Shown here: positions 1-9,879 of the stretch, piece after piece
How positions within the stretch are numbered: the first letter of the stretch is position 1
Layout: every line of letters starts with the position of its first letter
Origin: a virus
Taxonomy: Duplodnaviria; Caudoviricetes
DNA length: 38,494 bases
Virus record (IMG/VR): IMGVR_UViG_3300011339_000429
Coordinates: 1-38,494 of that record
Reading direction: 5' to 3' (one strand)
Made by a program: the position numbers and the translations under genes
The notes under the pieces: model-generated
Seen by the model: only the letters and a program-made list of their open reading frames with translations
Databases searched by the model: none
What the model was told of the DNA's origin: nothing

Positions 1-23
1 ATAATAAAATAAATATAATTACA

Positions 24-278
24 ATGGCTAAAATTCAACCAATCACTTTTCCTTTGAATCAGGGAACGGCAACAGAGATGAGCGTACTCATTCATAATCA
101 TTTTACAGATGCAACAACTTGCACAACCTACTACGAATTAAAGACAGCCGAAGGCGCTGTTCTAACGAATGGAAATTACACGCTAACCGAAGAAGAGTTC
201 ACAGCGTGGGGTGAAGATAACGAGTGGGTAGAACAATGCGTAGCTAACGCGATAGGAGTAACAATTTTATCTTTCTAA
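24..278 (+). CDS. Small tail-fibre-associated protein (variant A fibre module)
   Basis: 84 aa with an A-rich leader. It lies where copy B has the end of the fibre gene. The acidic W-G-x-D pattern resembles fibre-associated small proteins. Confidence 0.55.
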   Translation: MAKIQPITFPLNQGTATEMSVLIHNHFTDATTCTTYYELKTAEGAVLTNGNYTLTEEEFTAWGEDNEWVEQCVANAIGVTILSF

Positions 279-279
279 T

Positions 280-402
280 ATGCAACTAACAGAGGAACAT
301 TTGAAGCAGTTAGATGCTTTCATTCAGGAAATGCCTACAAAGTTTGGCTTACCACTAATCCAATTCTTCAACAAGATAAAAGAGGAGTCTGAGAAAGAAT
401 GA
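280..402 (+). CDS. Hypothetical 40-aa protein (MQLTEEHLKQLDAFIQEMPTKFGLPLIQFFNKIKEESEKE)
   Basis: Below the ORF-track cutoff. Fills the gap exactly and has an ATGA overlap with the next gene. Confidence 0.65.
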   Translation: MQLTEEHLKQLDAFIQEMPTKFGLPLIQFFNKIKEESEKE

Positions 403-1022
403 GCATACTTGCTGAGCTATTCGAACAGGGAGCGCTATACGATGTGCTTTTAGATTTCGGTGAGACCGTTACTGATCGCGCACGCTCCAACATTAGAATT
501 CAGCAGACGAGATACGGCAAGAAGCGCAAGGCTAACACTACAGGCACGCTTGCTGCTTCGCTCTATTATGACTTAGATGTTACAGGCACTACCCCATCTA
601 TAGCATTCAATTCATCTGCTGACTATGGTAAGTGGGTAGAGTATGGAAGGCAAGGTAAGGAGAGTAACTACCCAGGTATAGATAGCAGATTTGCAGCAGG
701 AGCAGCTAAGCCTCCTGTACCTGACATCCTTAATTGGATGAATCTAAAGAGGATTAAGCTACGTGCCATGGGCGAAACAGGCAAGATGACTAAGTTCGCT
801 AAGAGCTCAGTTAACAAAGATGAGCAGAAGCGTTTAGCTGTAGCAACTGCTATGGCTAAAAGCATAGAGAAGAAAGGTATTGCTCCATTATACTATTGGC
901 GCGATGCTTACTTAGAAACACTACCCGAATATGCAACGCAGCTTAATGCTGCAATGGGTGAGGCTGTGAACATTTACATCTTAAATCAAACGAGAAAATT
1001 AACTAATATTAAACCTGCATAA
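399..1022 (+). CDS. HK97 gp10-like tail completion / virion morphogenesis protein (copy A)
   Basis: TG-L-S motif and ADYGKWVEYGR motif; basic protein; conserved in copy B. Confidence 0.65.
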   Translation: MSILAELFEQGALYDVLLDFGETVTDRARSNIRIQQTRYGKKRKANTTGTLAASLYYDLDVTGTTPSIAFNSSADYGKWVEYGRQGKESNYPGIDSRFAAGAAKPPVPDILNWMNLKRIKLRAMGETGKMTKFAKSSVNKDEQKRLAVATAMAKSIEKKGIAPLYYWRDAYLETLPEYATQLNAAMGEAVNIYILNQTRKLTNIKPA

Positions 1023-1024
1023 GC

Positions 1025-2311
1025 ATGGCAATTACAATACATCAGCAGCCCTATCCATTTACAGCACTTAAGCAGAAGCTTATGGTAGTGGCAACTTCAT
1101 CCAACATAGGGCAGCCTGGATTTCGCTACGTGGTACAGGTGAGCGTTAACGGTGGCGCACTAAATACTTTTTACGTGCAGCCTAACATTAACGGAGCTTT
1201 AGTTTTTGACCTTTACCCTGCTATCTACGCTAAGATGGATTTAGGAGTAAATAGCTCAGATGCTGTGCCTTCCTTATTCGCATCTACAACGGTGCAAGAT
1301 GACACTACAGCACGAAACATTATGAGCGTAGCTGCTACTATTTTCGAAGGCTATGAGGTACTTGGCTTATTTGAGGTACTCGCAGCTTCAGCTTATCCAT
1401 TAGATGGAAGCTCACTAATTAACGCAGCGTTTCAGATTAGTGATGGGTTTAATCCTGATCCTGCTACTTACTTTGCGTTAGATTCAGCAACGAGCTATAT
1501 CATGACTGATTTAGTAGGTAGCACTTACGCTTTAAATGATTTAATTAATCAGTATAGCTTAGGTGCTAATGTAATAGGCATAACAGCTTTTGCTGACGAT
1601 TGGGGAGTGCTTACTATACCTGCTGATGATGGCTCTGCCTTAACAGGTAATGCAATAGATGACGTGCAGATAGTACAATTCAACGAAGCAGGCACACCTA
1701 TTCAGACCGATACATTAGCTTGCGTAATTGCAGCAGGAACTATTAACCATCTTCCCCTACTACCGTCTAACATAGATGATATTTTCGGCTTGCAAGCTAC
1801 ATGGCATCACTACCTAATTAACTTTAGAAATAGTGGTGGTACTGCATGTGCAAGAGGTATAGCTGTATTCAAAGCAGCAGACGAATGCAGATTCGATAAG
1901 GTGAGATTAGGCTGGACTAATAGCCGAGGTGGATGGGATTACTTCAATTTTACTAAGCGTAGTGAGGAAAATTACTCAGTAGAACGCAAGAGATACAGAA
2001 AGATAGTAGGCAATTACGGCACAGCAGATGAAACTGAAGCGTTTGGTTTTAACACTTCCGATAGAGGCTTAACTGAGCGCAGCCCATTTGTAGAAAAGAT
2101 GCTACGTATTAGAACAGACTTCTTAACCGAAGGGCAATTCGAATACCTTAAGAATCTGATTTACTCAGAATCTGTTTACATCATTAGTAATAAGGGCGAA
2201 GCTACTCCCGTAGTGATAGATAGCAATAACTATACAGCTATTAAATCACGTAGCTACGTGAAGAATGATTTAGAATTAATGTTAAAATTCAGTAACGATT
2301 ATACAGCATGA
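1025..2311 (+). CDS. Tail protein, probable distal-tail (Dit-like) component (copy A)
   Basis: C-terminal WTNSRGGWDYFNF domain typical of Bacteroidota phage tail proteins; immediately precedes the tail-tip gene. Confidence 0.6.
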   Translation: MAITIHQQPYPFTALKQKLMVVATSSNIGQPGFRYVVQVSVNGGALNTFYVQPNINGALVFDLYPAIYAKMDLGVNSSDAVPSLFASTTVQDDTTARNIMSVAATIFEGYEVLGLFEVLAASAYPLDGSSLINAAFQISDGFNPDPATYFALDSATSYIMTDLVGSTYALNDLINQYSLGANVIGITAFADDWGVLTIPADDGSALTGNAIDDVQIVQFNEAGTPIQTDTLACVIAAGTINHLPLLPSNIDDIFGLQATWHHYLINFRNSGGTACARGIAVFKAADECRFDKVRLGWTNSRGGWDYFNFTKRSEENYSVERKRYRKIVGNYGTADETEAFGFNTSDRGLTERSPFVEKMLRIRTDFLTEGQFEYLKNLIYSESVYIISNKGEATPVVIDSNNYTAIKSRSYVKNDLELMLKFSNDYTA

Positions 2312-5300
2312 GACCTGAAGTAATATTAACCGTAAAGGCAAGCAATGGCGCTGCTATAGTAGTAGACTTGTACGAGAATGAGAGCATTAGTTACTCATCT
2401 AACTTCAATAGCGTTTCTGAGTTTACTACCAGGGGAGCATTTACAAGGGAGTTTAGAATACCTGCTACTAAGAATAACGTAGATTTCTTCGGGCAGCAAT
2501 ACAGCCCAAGCTTACTCAACAACGATACTACTCAGATTAATGTACTTCGTAAAATAGATGCAACGCTATCTGTAAACACTTTACCAATCGCTGAAGGGCA
2601 CGTACAATTTAAGCAGTCAGTTACTCACCAAGGGCAGATACATGAATTCGTTATAGCCTTCTTTGGAGAGACAGTAGACTTAGCTAAGAGTATTGGAGAT
2701 AAGCTTATAAGCGAGTTAGATTACTCTGAATTTGACCATGAGAATACTTATGATAATGTAGTAGCTATTAATGATGGTAGCTTATTTGATAATAACATCT
2801 GCTACACCTTAACCGATCGTGGGCAGAATTGGAGTGAGGATACAACGGTTACAAGCCGAAGAGTATTTAGCTCCGTTAATCCCGTCTACACTTCAGAGCT
2901 TACGTTAGCTGTTAGCGCTAAGTGGCTCATGGATAAGATTATTTCTGAAGCTGGGTTTGGGTGGAGCGGAGATACAGTAGATGATAATTTAGGTAATATG
3001 TATATTCCTTACATCACTAATCCTCTTACAATAGGAACGGTTAGCGCAGATGAAGCTAAGTTTAGTGCTCACTATACATCTAACCAAGCGGTAAGTATAA
3101 ATACACAAGGTAATAGTGGCTTGTATTATAAGCAGCTTACAGGATGGATAGAAACATTAGATCCATCTAATAGCTTTGCTTCAAGTGTTTATACTTCTCA
3201 AGTTAATTACTACTGTGATTTTGGTGTTAATTTAGAAATAGACGTAGACACTACAGGATATAATAGCTCTACTGTTCACACTTACGATATAGTTTTAGGA
3301 TTAACAAGGGATGGGATAGAAACAATAGTACCTATTCCATTTGCTCAAAACGTAGGGCCTACTGAATACGATTACGATCAGGCAGGTGATGTTTATATCG
3401 TTAGCCAAAATAACCCATTCAGCGTAAATGCTAATGTGAATTTATTGCTGCAAGTAGGGGATGAAATTAGAGTTTATATTTACGCTCATGCAGGAAGCTC
3501 GCAAGCAGTTACTATTAATTCAGGAAGTGATATAGGTATTTTTTACGTGAGCGGTGAGTTACTTGCTCATCCTGTTAGCTTCAAAAGAAATGCTCCCGAG
3601 ATGAAGCAGATAGATTATCTACGTGATATTCTCAAGATGTTTAACGCTGTACTTGTTCCTAATCCAAACATCCCTAATGCTGTTGAGATTATACCAATGG
3701 TAGAGTATTTAGGTAGCGGAACTGATTACGATTGGACAGGTAAGCTTGATGCTTCTAAAGATATCACACTTACACCTGCATCCGATGTAAGAAAGAGAGT
3801 GCTTAAGTGGAGCTACAAAGAGCAGGGAGATTTCTTTAACGCTAAGTATAAGACAGGAGCTCAAAGGGTTTATGGAGAGCTGCGCTTAACTGATCCAAGC
3901 AACGATTTTAGCACAAGCGATTACACAGTAGAGTTAAACTTTGGAGCTTCGCCCTGCGATTTAATACCTAATAGCTACATCATTATTCCTAAATACTTTA
4001 ATGGTAATGGGGTATTCATGCAGCCTGGGCCTCGCATTCTTTACAAAAGAACTGAAGGTGCAGATATTATGGTTTATAATGAAGATACTTCAACAGCGAG
4101 TTATACCGGGATACCATTATTAAGCCATTACAGAACTGTTCCTACTGATGTAGATACTTTAGATTTAAACTTCGGGCAGGAAGTTCCTCCGCATCCAATA
4201 GAAGTAATGCCATTACGTACATTGTGGGATAGGTTTTGGAGAGAGTATATCGCAGAGCTTTATGATGATGAGCAAAAGATAATGGAGGCTTATTTTCAGC
4301 TTAGCGTAACCGATGTATTCGGCCTTCAGTTTAACGATAAGATATGGGTAAAAGATTCTTGGTGGAGAGTAATAGAGCTAACAGATTACATTGTAGCAGA
4401 TGAGCAAGTAACTAAATGCAAGCTTATTCGCTTGTTAGATATCGGAGCATTATGCCAATTTACCCCATTCAAGATTAACACAAGCTCAGGCGCAGTAGAC
4501 TTTTTAGATTATGATGGAAATACAAGCTACGGATCACAAGCATGCTGCGAGTATTACGGCTACACATGGAGCACAGATAAAGGTCGTTGTTATGCTACTA
4601 CACCAACTAACGGAACAGGCGGAGTTATCGGTTCACCTAATAACGTAGGTGGTAGCAATATCACTAACACAAGTGGTAACCAAAAGAGCGCGACCGGAAT
4701 GGGTAACGTAAATAGAGCTTCAATAGAAAACAATAACGAGCGCATCTTAGTTAGTGGCTTAGGCCATGGTATTGCACCTAACAATAACTACAGCCAAGCT
4801 TTAGGATATCGCAACTTTATTAAGCCTAATCTTGAAGGTACTACTGTTATGGGCAGATGGGCGCAAGCTGACGTAAGAGGGGTGCACTTTGGCGGTGGTA
4901 CTTGGTGGGATGGAGAAAGTGATTTCGGTACAACGATACCCGGTAGAAGCCAGCATGGATTTATTCAGCTTATGGGCTTAGGTGAATTAGAAGCTAATCC
5001 AACTGATATACATTTATTATTAGATGGAATAGATGGCGGTACTATACCTATGCCTACTGAAACGGTTTGGATGGCTAAGCTGTACATTTCTATCATGGAA
5101 TACAACTACGGCAGCGGAGACTTTACAGGAAAAGTAGCAAGTCTTGAATATAGCGCTATGGTTTGGAAAGATAAAGTTAGCCAATACTGCTCTACTCCAA
5201 TCTTAGTAAATCAGTTTAATAATGGATGGGGTAGCGGTTTGTTTAATTTGTACATGCCTGTCGTGGGTAATCAAATAGCACCTTATGTAAGGTGCAGCAC

Positions 5301-5376
5301 TACAGGAGCTACAGCAGTAATCAGCGCAACTCTTCAATATACACAGTCTAAATTCCAACGCATTCCTATAATATGA
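2308..5376 (+). CDS. Tail tip / baseplate hub protein with variable central domain (copy A)
   Basis: 1022 aa. N-terminal VDLYENESI and FTREFRIPATKNN motifs, DWTGKLD, Cys cluster CCEYYGYTW and a Gly-rich C-terminal extension. Confidence 0.7.
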   Translation: MRPEVILTVKASNGAAIVVDLYENESISYSSNFNSVSEFTTRGAFTREFRIPATKNNVDFFGQQYSPSLLNNDTTQINVLRKIDATLSVNTLPIAEGHVQFKQSVTHQGQIHEFVIAFFGETVDLAKSIGDKLISELDYSEFDHENTYDNVVAINDGSLFDNNICYTLTDRGQNWSEDTTVTSRRVFSSVNPVYTSELTLAVSAKWLMDKIISEAGFGWSGDTVDDNLGNMYIPYITNPLTIGTVSADEAKFSAHYTSNQAVSINTQGNSGLYYKQLTGWIETLDPSNSFASSVYTSQVNYYCDFGVNLEIDVDTTGYNSSTVHTYDIVLGLTRDGIETIVPIPFAQNVGPTEYDYDQAGDVYIVSQNNPFSVNANVNLLLQVGDEIRVYIYAHAGSSQAVTINSGSDIGIFYVSGELLAHPVSFKRNAPEMKQIDYLRDILKMFNAVLVPNPNIPNAVEIIPMVEYLGSGTDYDWTGKLDASKDITLTPASDVRKRVLKWSYKEQGDFFNAKYKTGAQRVYGELRLTDPSNDFSTSDYTVELNFGASPCDLIPNSYIIIPKYFNGNGVFMQPGPRILYKRTEGADIMVYNEDTSTASYTGIPLLSHYRTVPTDVDTLDLNFGQEVPPHPIEVMPLRTLWDRFWREYIAELYDDEQKIMEAYFQLSVTDVFGLQFNDKIWVKDSWWRVIELTDYIVADEQVTKCKLIRLLDIGALCQFTPFKINTSSGAVDFLDYDGNTSYGSQACCEYYGYTWSTDKGRCYATTPTNGTGGVIGSPNNVGGSNITNTSGNQKSATGMGNVNRASIENNNERILVSGLGHGIAPNNNYSQALGYRNFIKPNLEGTTVMGRWAQADVRGVHFGGGTWWDGESDFGTTIPGRSQHGFIQLMGLGELEANPTDIHLLLDGIDGGTIPMPTETVWMAKLYISIMEYNYGSGDFTGKVASLEYSAMVWKDKVSQYCSTPILVNQFNNGWGSGLFNLYMPVVGNQIAPYVRCSTTGATAVISATLQYTQSKFQRIPII

Positions 5377-5570
5377 AAAACCCACAAGAAGATATACTTA
5401 TTAGCATGTCTTTGCTTCGCGCTGGAGCGCAAGGTAAGAGCAAGACTTTTCAGCATGCAGTAGGAAGGCATAACGCAAGGCTTAAAGTATGGCAAATAAG
5501 AGCTATTAATTACACTATACTAATAGGACTACTTGGACTAATTACATTAACAATTTATAGCGCACTATAA
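5373..5570 (+). CDS. Small membrane protein with C-terminal TM helix (copy A)
   Basis: Hydrophobic C-terminus; overlaps both neighbours; conserved in copy B. Confidence 0.7.
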   Translation: MKNPQEDILISMSLLRAGAQGKSKTFQHAVGRHNARLKVWQIRAINYTILIGLLGLITLTIYSAL

Positions 5571-7528
5571 TGGCAGCACAAGAAATGATATTGAAGCTCC
5601 TCTTCAACGATGAGGGTACATTTGTAGGATTAGAGCAAATTAATCAGGAGTTAAAAAAAGTAGATAAGTCTACTGCTGAAACATCTAAAGGATTTACAAG
5701 TGCGAAAGCAGAATTACGCGCACTTCAGAATCAGATGTTAGAGATGGATCAGTCAAGCGAAGAGTTTAAAAAAGCTTCAGTTCGTGCTGCTCAGTTAAAG
5801 GATAGCATAAGCGACCTTTCCGCAGAGATTAGTGCTAACGCAGGTAATGCTTTTGAAGGTCTTTCCAATAACGTAGGCTTGTTTGGTTCACGCTTAATGG
5901 ATTTAGATTTAGCAGGTGCAGGGCAAGCGTTAAAAAACATGGGTAGTAACGTATCCAAAATTGATTTTAAGACGCTAAAAAATGAGGTAGGCGGTTTAGT
6001 TAGTGGCTTTGCATCTTTAGCAAAAGCTATTATATCTAATCCAATACTATTGCTTGCAGGTGCAGTAGCTTTAATTATTGCAAACTTTGAAGATTTAGTA
6101 AAGTTATTTCCTTCTATTGAGATGGGATTAAGTGGAATAAATGAGCAAGAAAGAGAAAGTCTTACTATATCAAAAGCAAAAGCTGATGCTTCACAAAAAG
6201 CTTATGAGAGTATAGATAAACAAACTAACATATTAAAGCTGCAAGGCAAGAGCGAAAGAGAGATTTTAAACATAAAACTAAAGGCATTAGAAACGGCAAT
6301 AGCTGATAGAAAAGCGCAGTTACAAATAACAGAAAAGCAAGCCATTACGCAAGTAGAAACAGCTAAAAGAAATAGAGAAATACTTGAGGGTATTATTCGC
6401 TTTTTAACTGCTCCACTACAATTACTTCTAACGGCAGTAGATGAGATAGCTAAATTGGTTGGTGTAGATAGCAAACTTGCAGAAGGCTTTACTGATTTAG
6501 CAGCAGGCCTTTTGATAGATCCTGAAGAGCTTGAAACGGAATTAAATAAAACGATTCAAGAGAATAAAGATGCCATTACTACAATGGAAAACGATTATGC
6601 TGGGCTGCAATTATCTATTAAGGCAATGGATAAGAAAGCTTCAGATGATAAAAAAGCAAAGCTGCAAAAAGAGGTAGATGAGTATGAGAAAGCACAGCAA
6701 GAAATAACAGATCTTTTAGCTAAATGGGATGAGGAAAGAATAGCTGAAGAGGAAAAAACAGATGCTGAAAGAAGAAAAGCTTATCAAGAAAGAAGAGATG
6801 CAGAGATAAAAGCTGAAGATGATAAGTTTAAAGCTCTTAATGCGATTCAGGAATCTGCAAAAGAAAAGGAAATTACTACAGCAGTAGAGGCAAGTGAAGC
6901 GCTTTACGCTTTAGCCGGTGGAGATGCAGCAGCTGAGGCTTTAATAGCTGAAAATTTAGCTAAACAAATCACAGATATTAATAAGAAATACGCTGATGAG
7001 GAGATAAAAATAGAGGAAGAAAAAAATAAAAAGAAGCAAGATTTACGCATGGCTAATATAGCTAAAGCCTTTGAAATGGCAGAGCTTGCAGTAGGTGCTT
7101 TAATGGATTTAAACCAAGCAGCTGCTAAGGGAGATGAAGCAAGCCAGCGAAAAGCTTTTGAACGTAACAAGATGCTACAAAAAGCACAAGCTACTATATC
7201 TATGGCAGCAGGTATAGTTCAGCAGTTAGCTGTTCCAAAAGACCAACTAACAGGTATGAACTTTCTTAAAGCAGCAGCAGTAGCAGCAGCAGGTGCGGCT
7301 AATATTGTGAAGATTAACCAAACGCAGTTTAATGGTGGTGGAGGTAGTCCTTCATCAGGTGCTAATCTTAATGCTCCAACAGGCGGAGGCAATGCACCTG
7401 CTATAGATTTTAGCGGAGCTAATATGCAGACTAATGCACCAGGTAGTGTTGAGACTTATGTACTTGCAGGCAACGTAGCCAACGCATTAGAGGCAAGACA
7501 AAAGATAATAGATCAATCTTATTTGTAA
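5570..7528 (+). CDS. Tape measure protein (copy A)
   Basis: 652 aa, Ala/Lys/Glu-rich coiled coil with an NPILLLAGAVALII hydrophobic segment and an Ala/Gly-rich C-terminus. Confidence 0.75.
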   Translation: MAAQEMILKLLFNDEGTFVGLEQINQELKKVDKSTAETSKGFTSAKAELRALQNQMLEMDQSSEEFKKASVRAAQLKDSISDLSAEISANAGNAFEGLSNNVGLFGSRLMDLDLAGAGQALKNMGSNVSKIDFKTLKNEVGGLVSGFASLAKAIISNPILLLAGAVALIIANFEDLVKLFPSIEMGLSGINEQERESLTISKAKADASQKAYESIDKQTNILKLQGKSEREILNIKLKALETAIADRKAQLQITEKQAITQVETAKRNREILEGIIRFLTAPLQLLLTAVDEIAKLVGVDSKLAEGFTDLAAGLLIDPEELETELNKTIQENKDAITTMENDYAGLQLSIKAMDKKASDDKKAKLQKEVDEYEKAQQEITDLLAKWDEERIAEEEKTDAERRKAYQERRDAEIKAEDDKFKALNAIQESAKEKEITTAVEASEALYALAGGDAAAEALIAENLAKQITDINKKYADEEIKIEEEKNKKKQDLRMANIAKAFEMAELAVGALMDLNQAAAKGDEASQRKAFERNKMLQKAQATISMAAGIVQQLAVPKDQLTGMNFLKAAAVAAAGAANIVKINQTQFNGGGGSPSSGANLNAPTGGGNAPAIDFSGANMQTNAPGSVETYVLAGNVANALEARQKIIDQSYL

Positions 7529-7533
7529 CGAAT

Positions 7534-7692
7534 ATGGCGAATTTTCCACTATTAAAAAAGTGCATCACAAGAGGAGTGAGAAATGCTTTATCTGAGATAG
7601 ATAAGGCAGAGCTGCAAGATACTGAGCTCATAATAGACGAAGTGATTAACGCTATACTTTTTGAAATATCTGAAACATACGATAATGAATAA
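7534..7692 (+). CDS. Hypothetical 52-aa protein (MANFPLLKKCITRGVRNALSEIDKAELQDTELIIDEVINAILFEISETYDNE)
   Basis: Not in the ORF track. Frame preserved in copy B (37082..37234) with mostly synonymous changes. Confidence 0.7.
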   Translation: MANFPLLKKCITRGVRNALSEIDKAELQDTELIIDEVINAILFEISETYDNE

Positions 7693-8278
7693 CGAAGTAA
7701 AATTAATTGAATACGGCCTCGGAGAAGAAGAGGATAACATGGGCGTTTATGCAGTAAGTTTAGTCTCTGAGCCTGCTATAATGGTAGACTTTGTAGCGCT
7801 TAGCAAACAGAATCTTTTACTTGCTCGCGTAGAAGATGGAGAGAAGCGCATGCTGTATGGCCCTGCTCTGATTCCTAATCAGCCTATAGTACGTTACGAT
7901 GGTAATGGAGATAAGTATTTTATCACATACTCTAAAGAGACTATTGAGCAGACAGCACAAGAATTTCTAAAGCGTAACATGCACCATAACCATACTATCC
8001 AGCATGAAATGCCTGTGAATAATCTCACAGTAGTAGAATCATGGATTAAGATGGGTAATGATAAGGGAGATAACTACGGCTTTGAATTGCCTGATGGTAC
8101 TTGGATGATAGGAGTAAAGGTAGATGATGATAAGACTTGGGAAGCTGTAAAGAATGGCGAGGTAAAAGGATTCTCTATAGAGGGATGGTTTACTCCAATG
8201 GCCGAGACTAACGTACAAGAGAAAGACTTAGAGAAGCTATTAGCTGAATTGGCTAAAGCGCTTGAAATGAATTTGTAA
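7685..8278 (+). CDS. XkdF-like prohead serine protease (copy A)
   Basis: KRMLYGPALIP, VVESWI, PDGTW and KGFSIEG motifs. Start moved to ATG 7685 by comparison with copy B. Confidence 0.85.
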   Translation: MNNEVKLIEYGLGEEEDNMGVYAVSLVSEPAIMVDFVALSKQNLLLARVEDGEKRMLYGPALIPNQPIVRYDGNGDKYFITYSKETIEQTAQEFLKRNMHHNHTIQHEMPVNNLTVVESWIKMGNDKGDNYGFELPDGTWMIGVKVDDDKTWEAVKNGEVKGFSIEGWFTPMAETNVQEKDLEKLLAELAKALEMNL

Positions 8279-8303
8279 TTTTTTCCACTAATAAATATAA
8301 ACT

Positions 8304-8882
8304 ATGAACATGATTTCTGAAATTTTAGAAAAGTTTGCTCCAGCGCTTTCAAAGCATGGGGTAAAGCTATCTGTTGAAGAGACTCCTGCCGTTGAAACCT
8401 TTGAGGTTAAGATGATGGCTGAGGGTGCTTTAATGGATGGTACTATGATCTATTCACCTGCTGCTGAATGGGCAGAGGGAGTAGAGATATTCGTAATGGA
8501 TGCAGACGGCAATCCTTCACCTTTAGCTGATGGCGAATACACATTGGACAACGGTAAGAAAATCGTTGTAGCAAGTGGCTTAATCGCGTCTATTGCTGAT
8601 GCTGAAGAGCCTTCTACTGAGGTAGAGGTAACTGTTGAGCAAGAAGTAGCTGAGACTTACTCTAAAGAGCAAGTAGAGGGGTTGTTAAACAACATCATTA
8701 CTGAATTCGAAGCTAAGTTAAGCGCTGCTGAAAGCAAGATTACTGAGCTTTCTAAAGCACCTGCTGCTACAACTGTTAAGCAATCTCGCCAAGCAGCACC
8801 GGTAGCACCTTTAAACATCACCGCCATGAGTAACATCGAAGATAGAACTCGTGCAATCGTAGCTAAATACAAAAACAAATAA
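8304..8882 (+). CDS. Capsid scaffolding protein (copy A)
   Basis: Acidic, PLADGEYTLDNG motif, coiled-coil C-terminal half; lies between protease and capsid. Confidence 0.7.
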   Translation: MNMISEILEKFAPALSKHGVKLSVEETPAVETFEVKMMAEGALMDGTMIYSPAAEWAEGVEIFVMDADGNPSPLADGEYTLDNGKKIVVASGLIASIADAEEPSTEVEVTVEQEVAETYSKEQVEGLLNNIITEFEAKLSAAESKITELSKAPAATTVKQSRQAAPVAPLNITAMSNIEDRTRAIVAKYKNK

Positions 8883-8897
8883 TAAAACAAAAACAAA

Positions 8898-9794
8898 ATG
8901 GCTGATAACTTGACCATCACCTCATCTTACGCTGGCGAATTAGCGCTACCGTACATTGCAGCTGCTGTCCTTTCAGGGGATACTCTTGCAAATAACTACA
9001 TCACAGTTAAAGAAAACGTAAAGTACAAAGCAGTACTTAAAATCTTGGCTAGCTCAGGATTGGTACAGCCTGCTACTTGCGACTTTGACAACTCAGATGC
9101 TGCACTTACTCTTACCGAGCGTGTACTTACTGTTACTGACCTTATGGTTAATGTGCAAGTTTGTAAGGCAGAATTCGCAAGAGATTGGGAAGCTGCTCAA
9201 ACAGGTCGTGGATTTATCAACGATACTGTACCTGCTAACTTCGCTGATTTCTTAATCTCTCACTTAGCTGCTAAGGTTGCTCAAGAGATTGAAGTAAGCA
9301 TTTGGCAAGGTGGTTCATTTACAGGATTGACTTCATTGATCAATGCAGTAGGTGGATTCGATGTAGATTTCACAACTGCTTTGACTGCTAACAACGTAAT
9401 TGCTAAATTGCAAGAATGTACTGATGCTTTGCCATCTACTTTGATTGGTTCACCTGATTTGAAAATCTACGTTAACCGTAAGACTGCTCAACTTTACCGC
9501 CAAGCTTTGGCTGCTGCTGGTTACTTGCAAACTTACCAAGGTACTGTAACATTCCCACTTACCTTCAACGGGTACGAAGTTTATGTTTGCCCAGGTATTG
9601 CTGATAACGTAGTTATCTTAGCTACTCCTGCTAACTTAGTATTTGGTACAGATTTATTGTCTGATCAAAACGAAGTTAAAGTAGTAGACATGAGCTTTAC
9701 TGATGCTTCAGACAACGTGAGAATGGCTATGCGCTTCCGCGCTGGCGTTCAGTTCGCTGTACGTGGAGACATCGTATTAGGTTTAGTAGACTAA
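8898..9794 (+). CDS. Major capsid protein
   Basis: 298 aa following protease and scaffold. SSYAGE..YIAAAVLSGDTL start and NLVFGTDLLSD motif typical of Bacteroidota phage capsids; strongly biased codon usage. Confidence 0.85.
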   Translation: MADNLTITSSYAGELALPYIAAAVLSGDTLANNYITVKENVKYKAVLKILASSGLVQPATCDFDNSDAALTLTERVLTVTDLMVNVQVCKAEFARDWEAAQTGRGFINDTVPANFADFLISHLAAKVAQEIEVSIWQGGSFTGLTSLINAVGGFDVDFTTALTANNVIAKLQECTDALPSTLIGSPDLKIYVNRKTAQLYRQALAAAGYLQTYQGTVTFPLTFNGYEVYVCPGIADNVVILATPANLVFGTDLLSDQNEVKVVDMSFTDASDNVRMAMRFRAGVQFAVRGDIVLGLVD

Positions 9795-9803
9795 ATAATA
9801 CTC

Positions 9804-9851
9804 CTTTGTTAAAAGAGTGGGTTAGCTAATAGCTGCCCATTCTTTGCAAAG
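9804..9851 (+). terminator. Long stem-loop after the capsid gene (partial terminator or mRNA processing/stability element)
   Basis: CTTTG..AAAGAGTGGG..AGCT-AAT-AGCT..CCCATTCTTT..CAAAG; only a weak U-tract follows. Confidence 0.6.
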
Positions 9852-9879
9852 ATATTTTAACTAATAAAAAAAAATAACC

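Larger units (their letters stand above)
397..8952 (+). repeat. Diverged copy A of the morphogenesis block (paralogous to 29927..38494)
   Basis: Same 8 ORFs plus the capsid start, in the same order. Identity starts abruptly at GAATGAGCATAC (397 and 29927). Scaffold proteins differ at 15 of 192 aa by hand count; tape measure and tail-tip middles are much more diverged. Confidence 0.95.
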
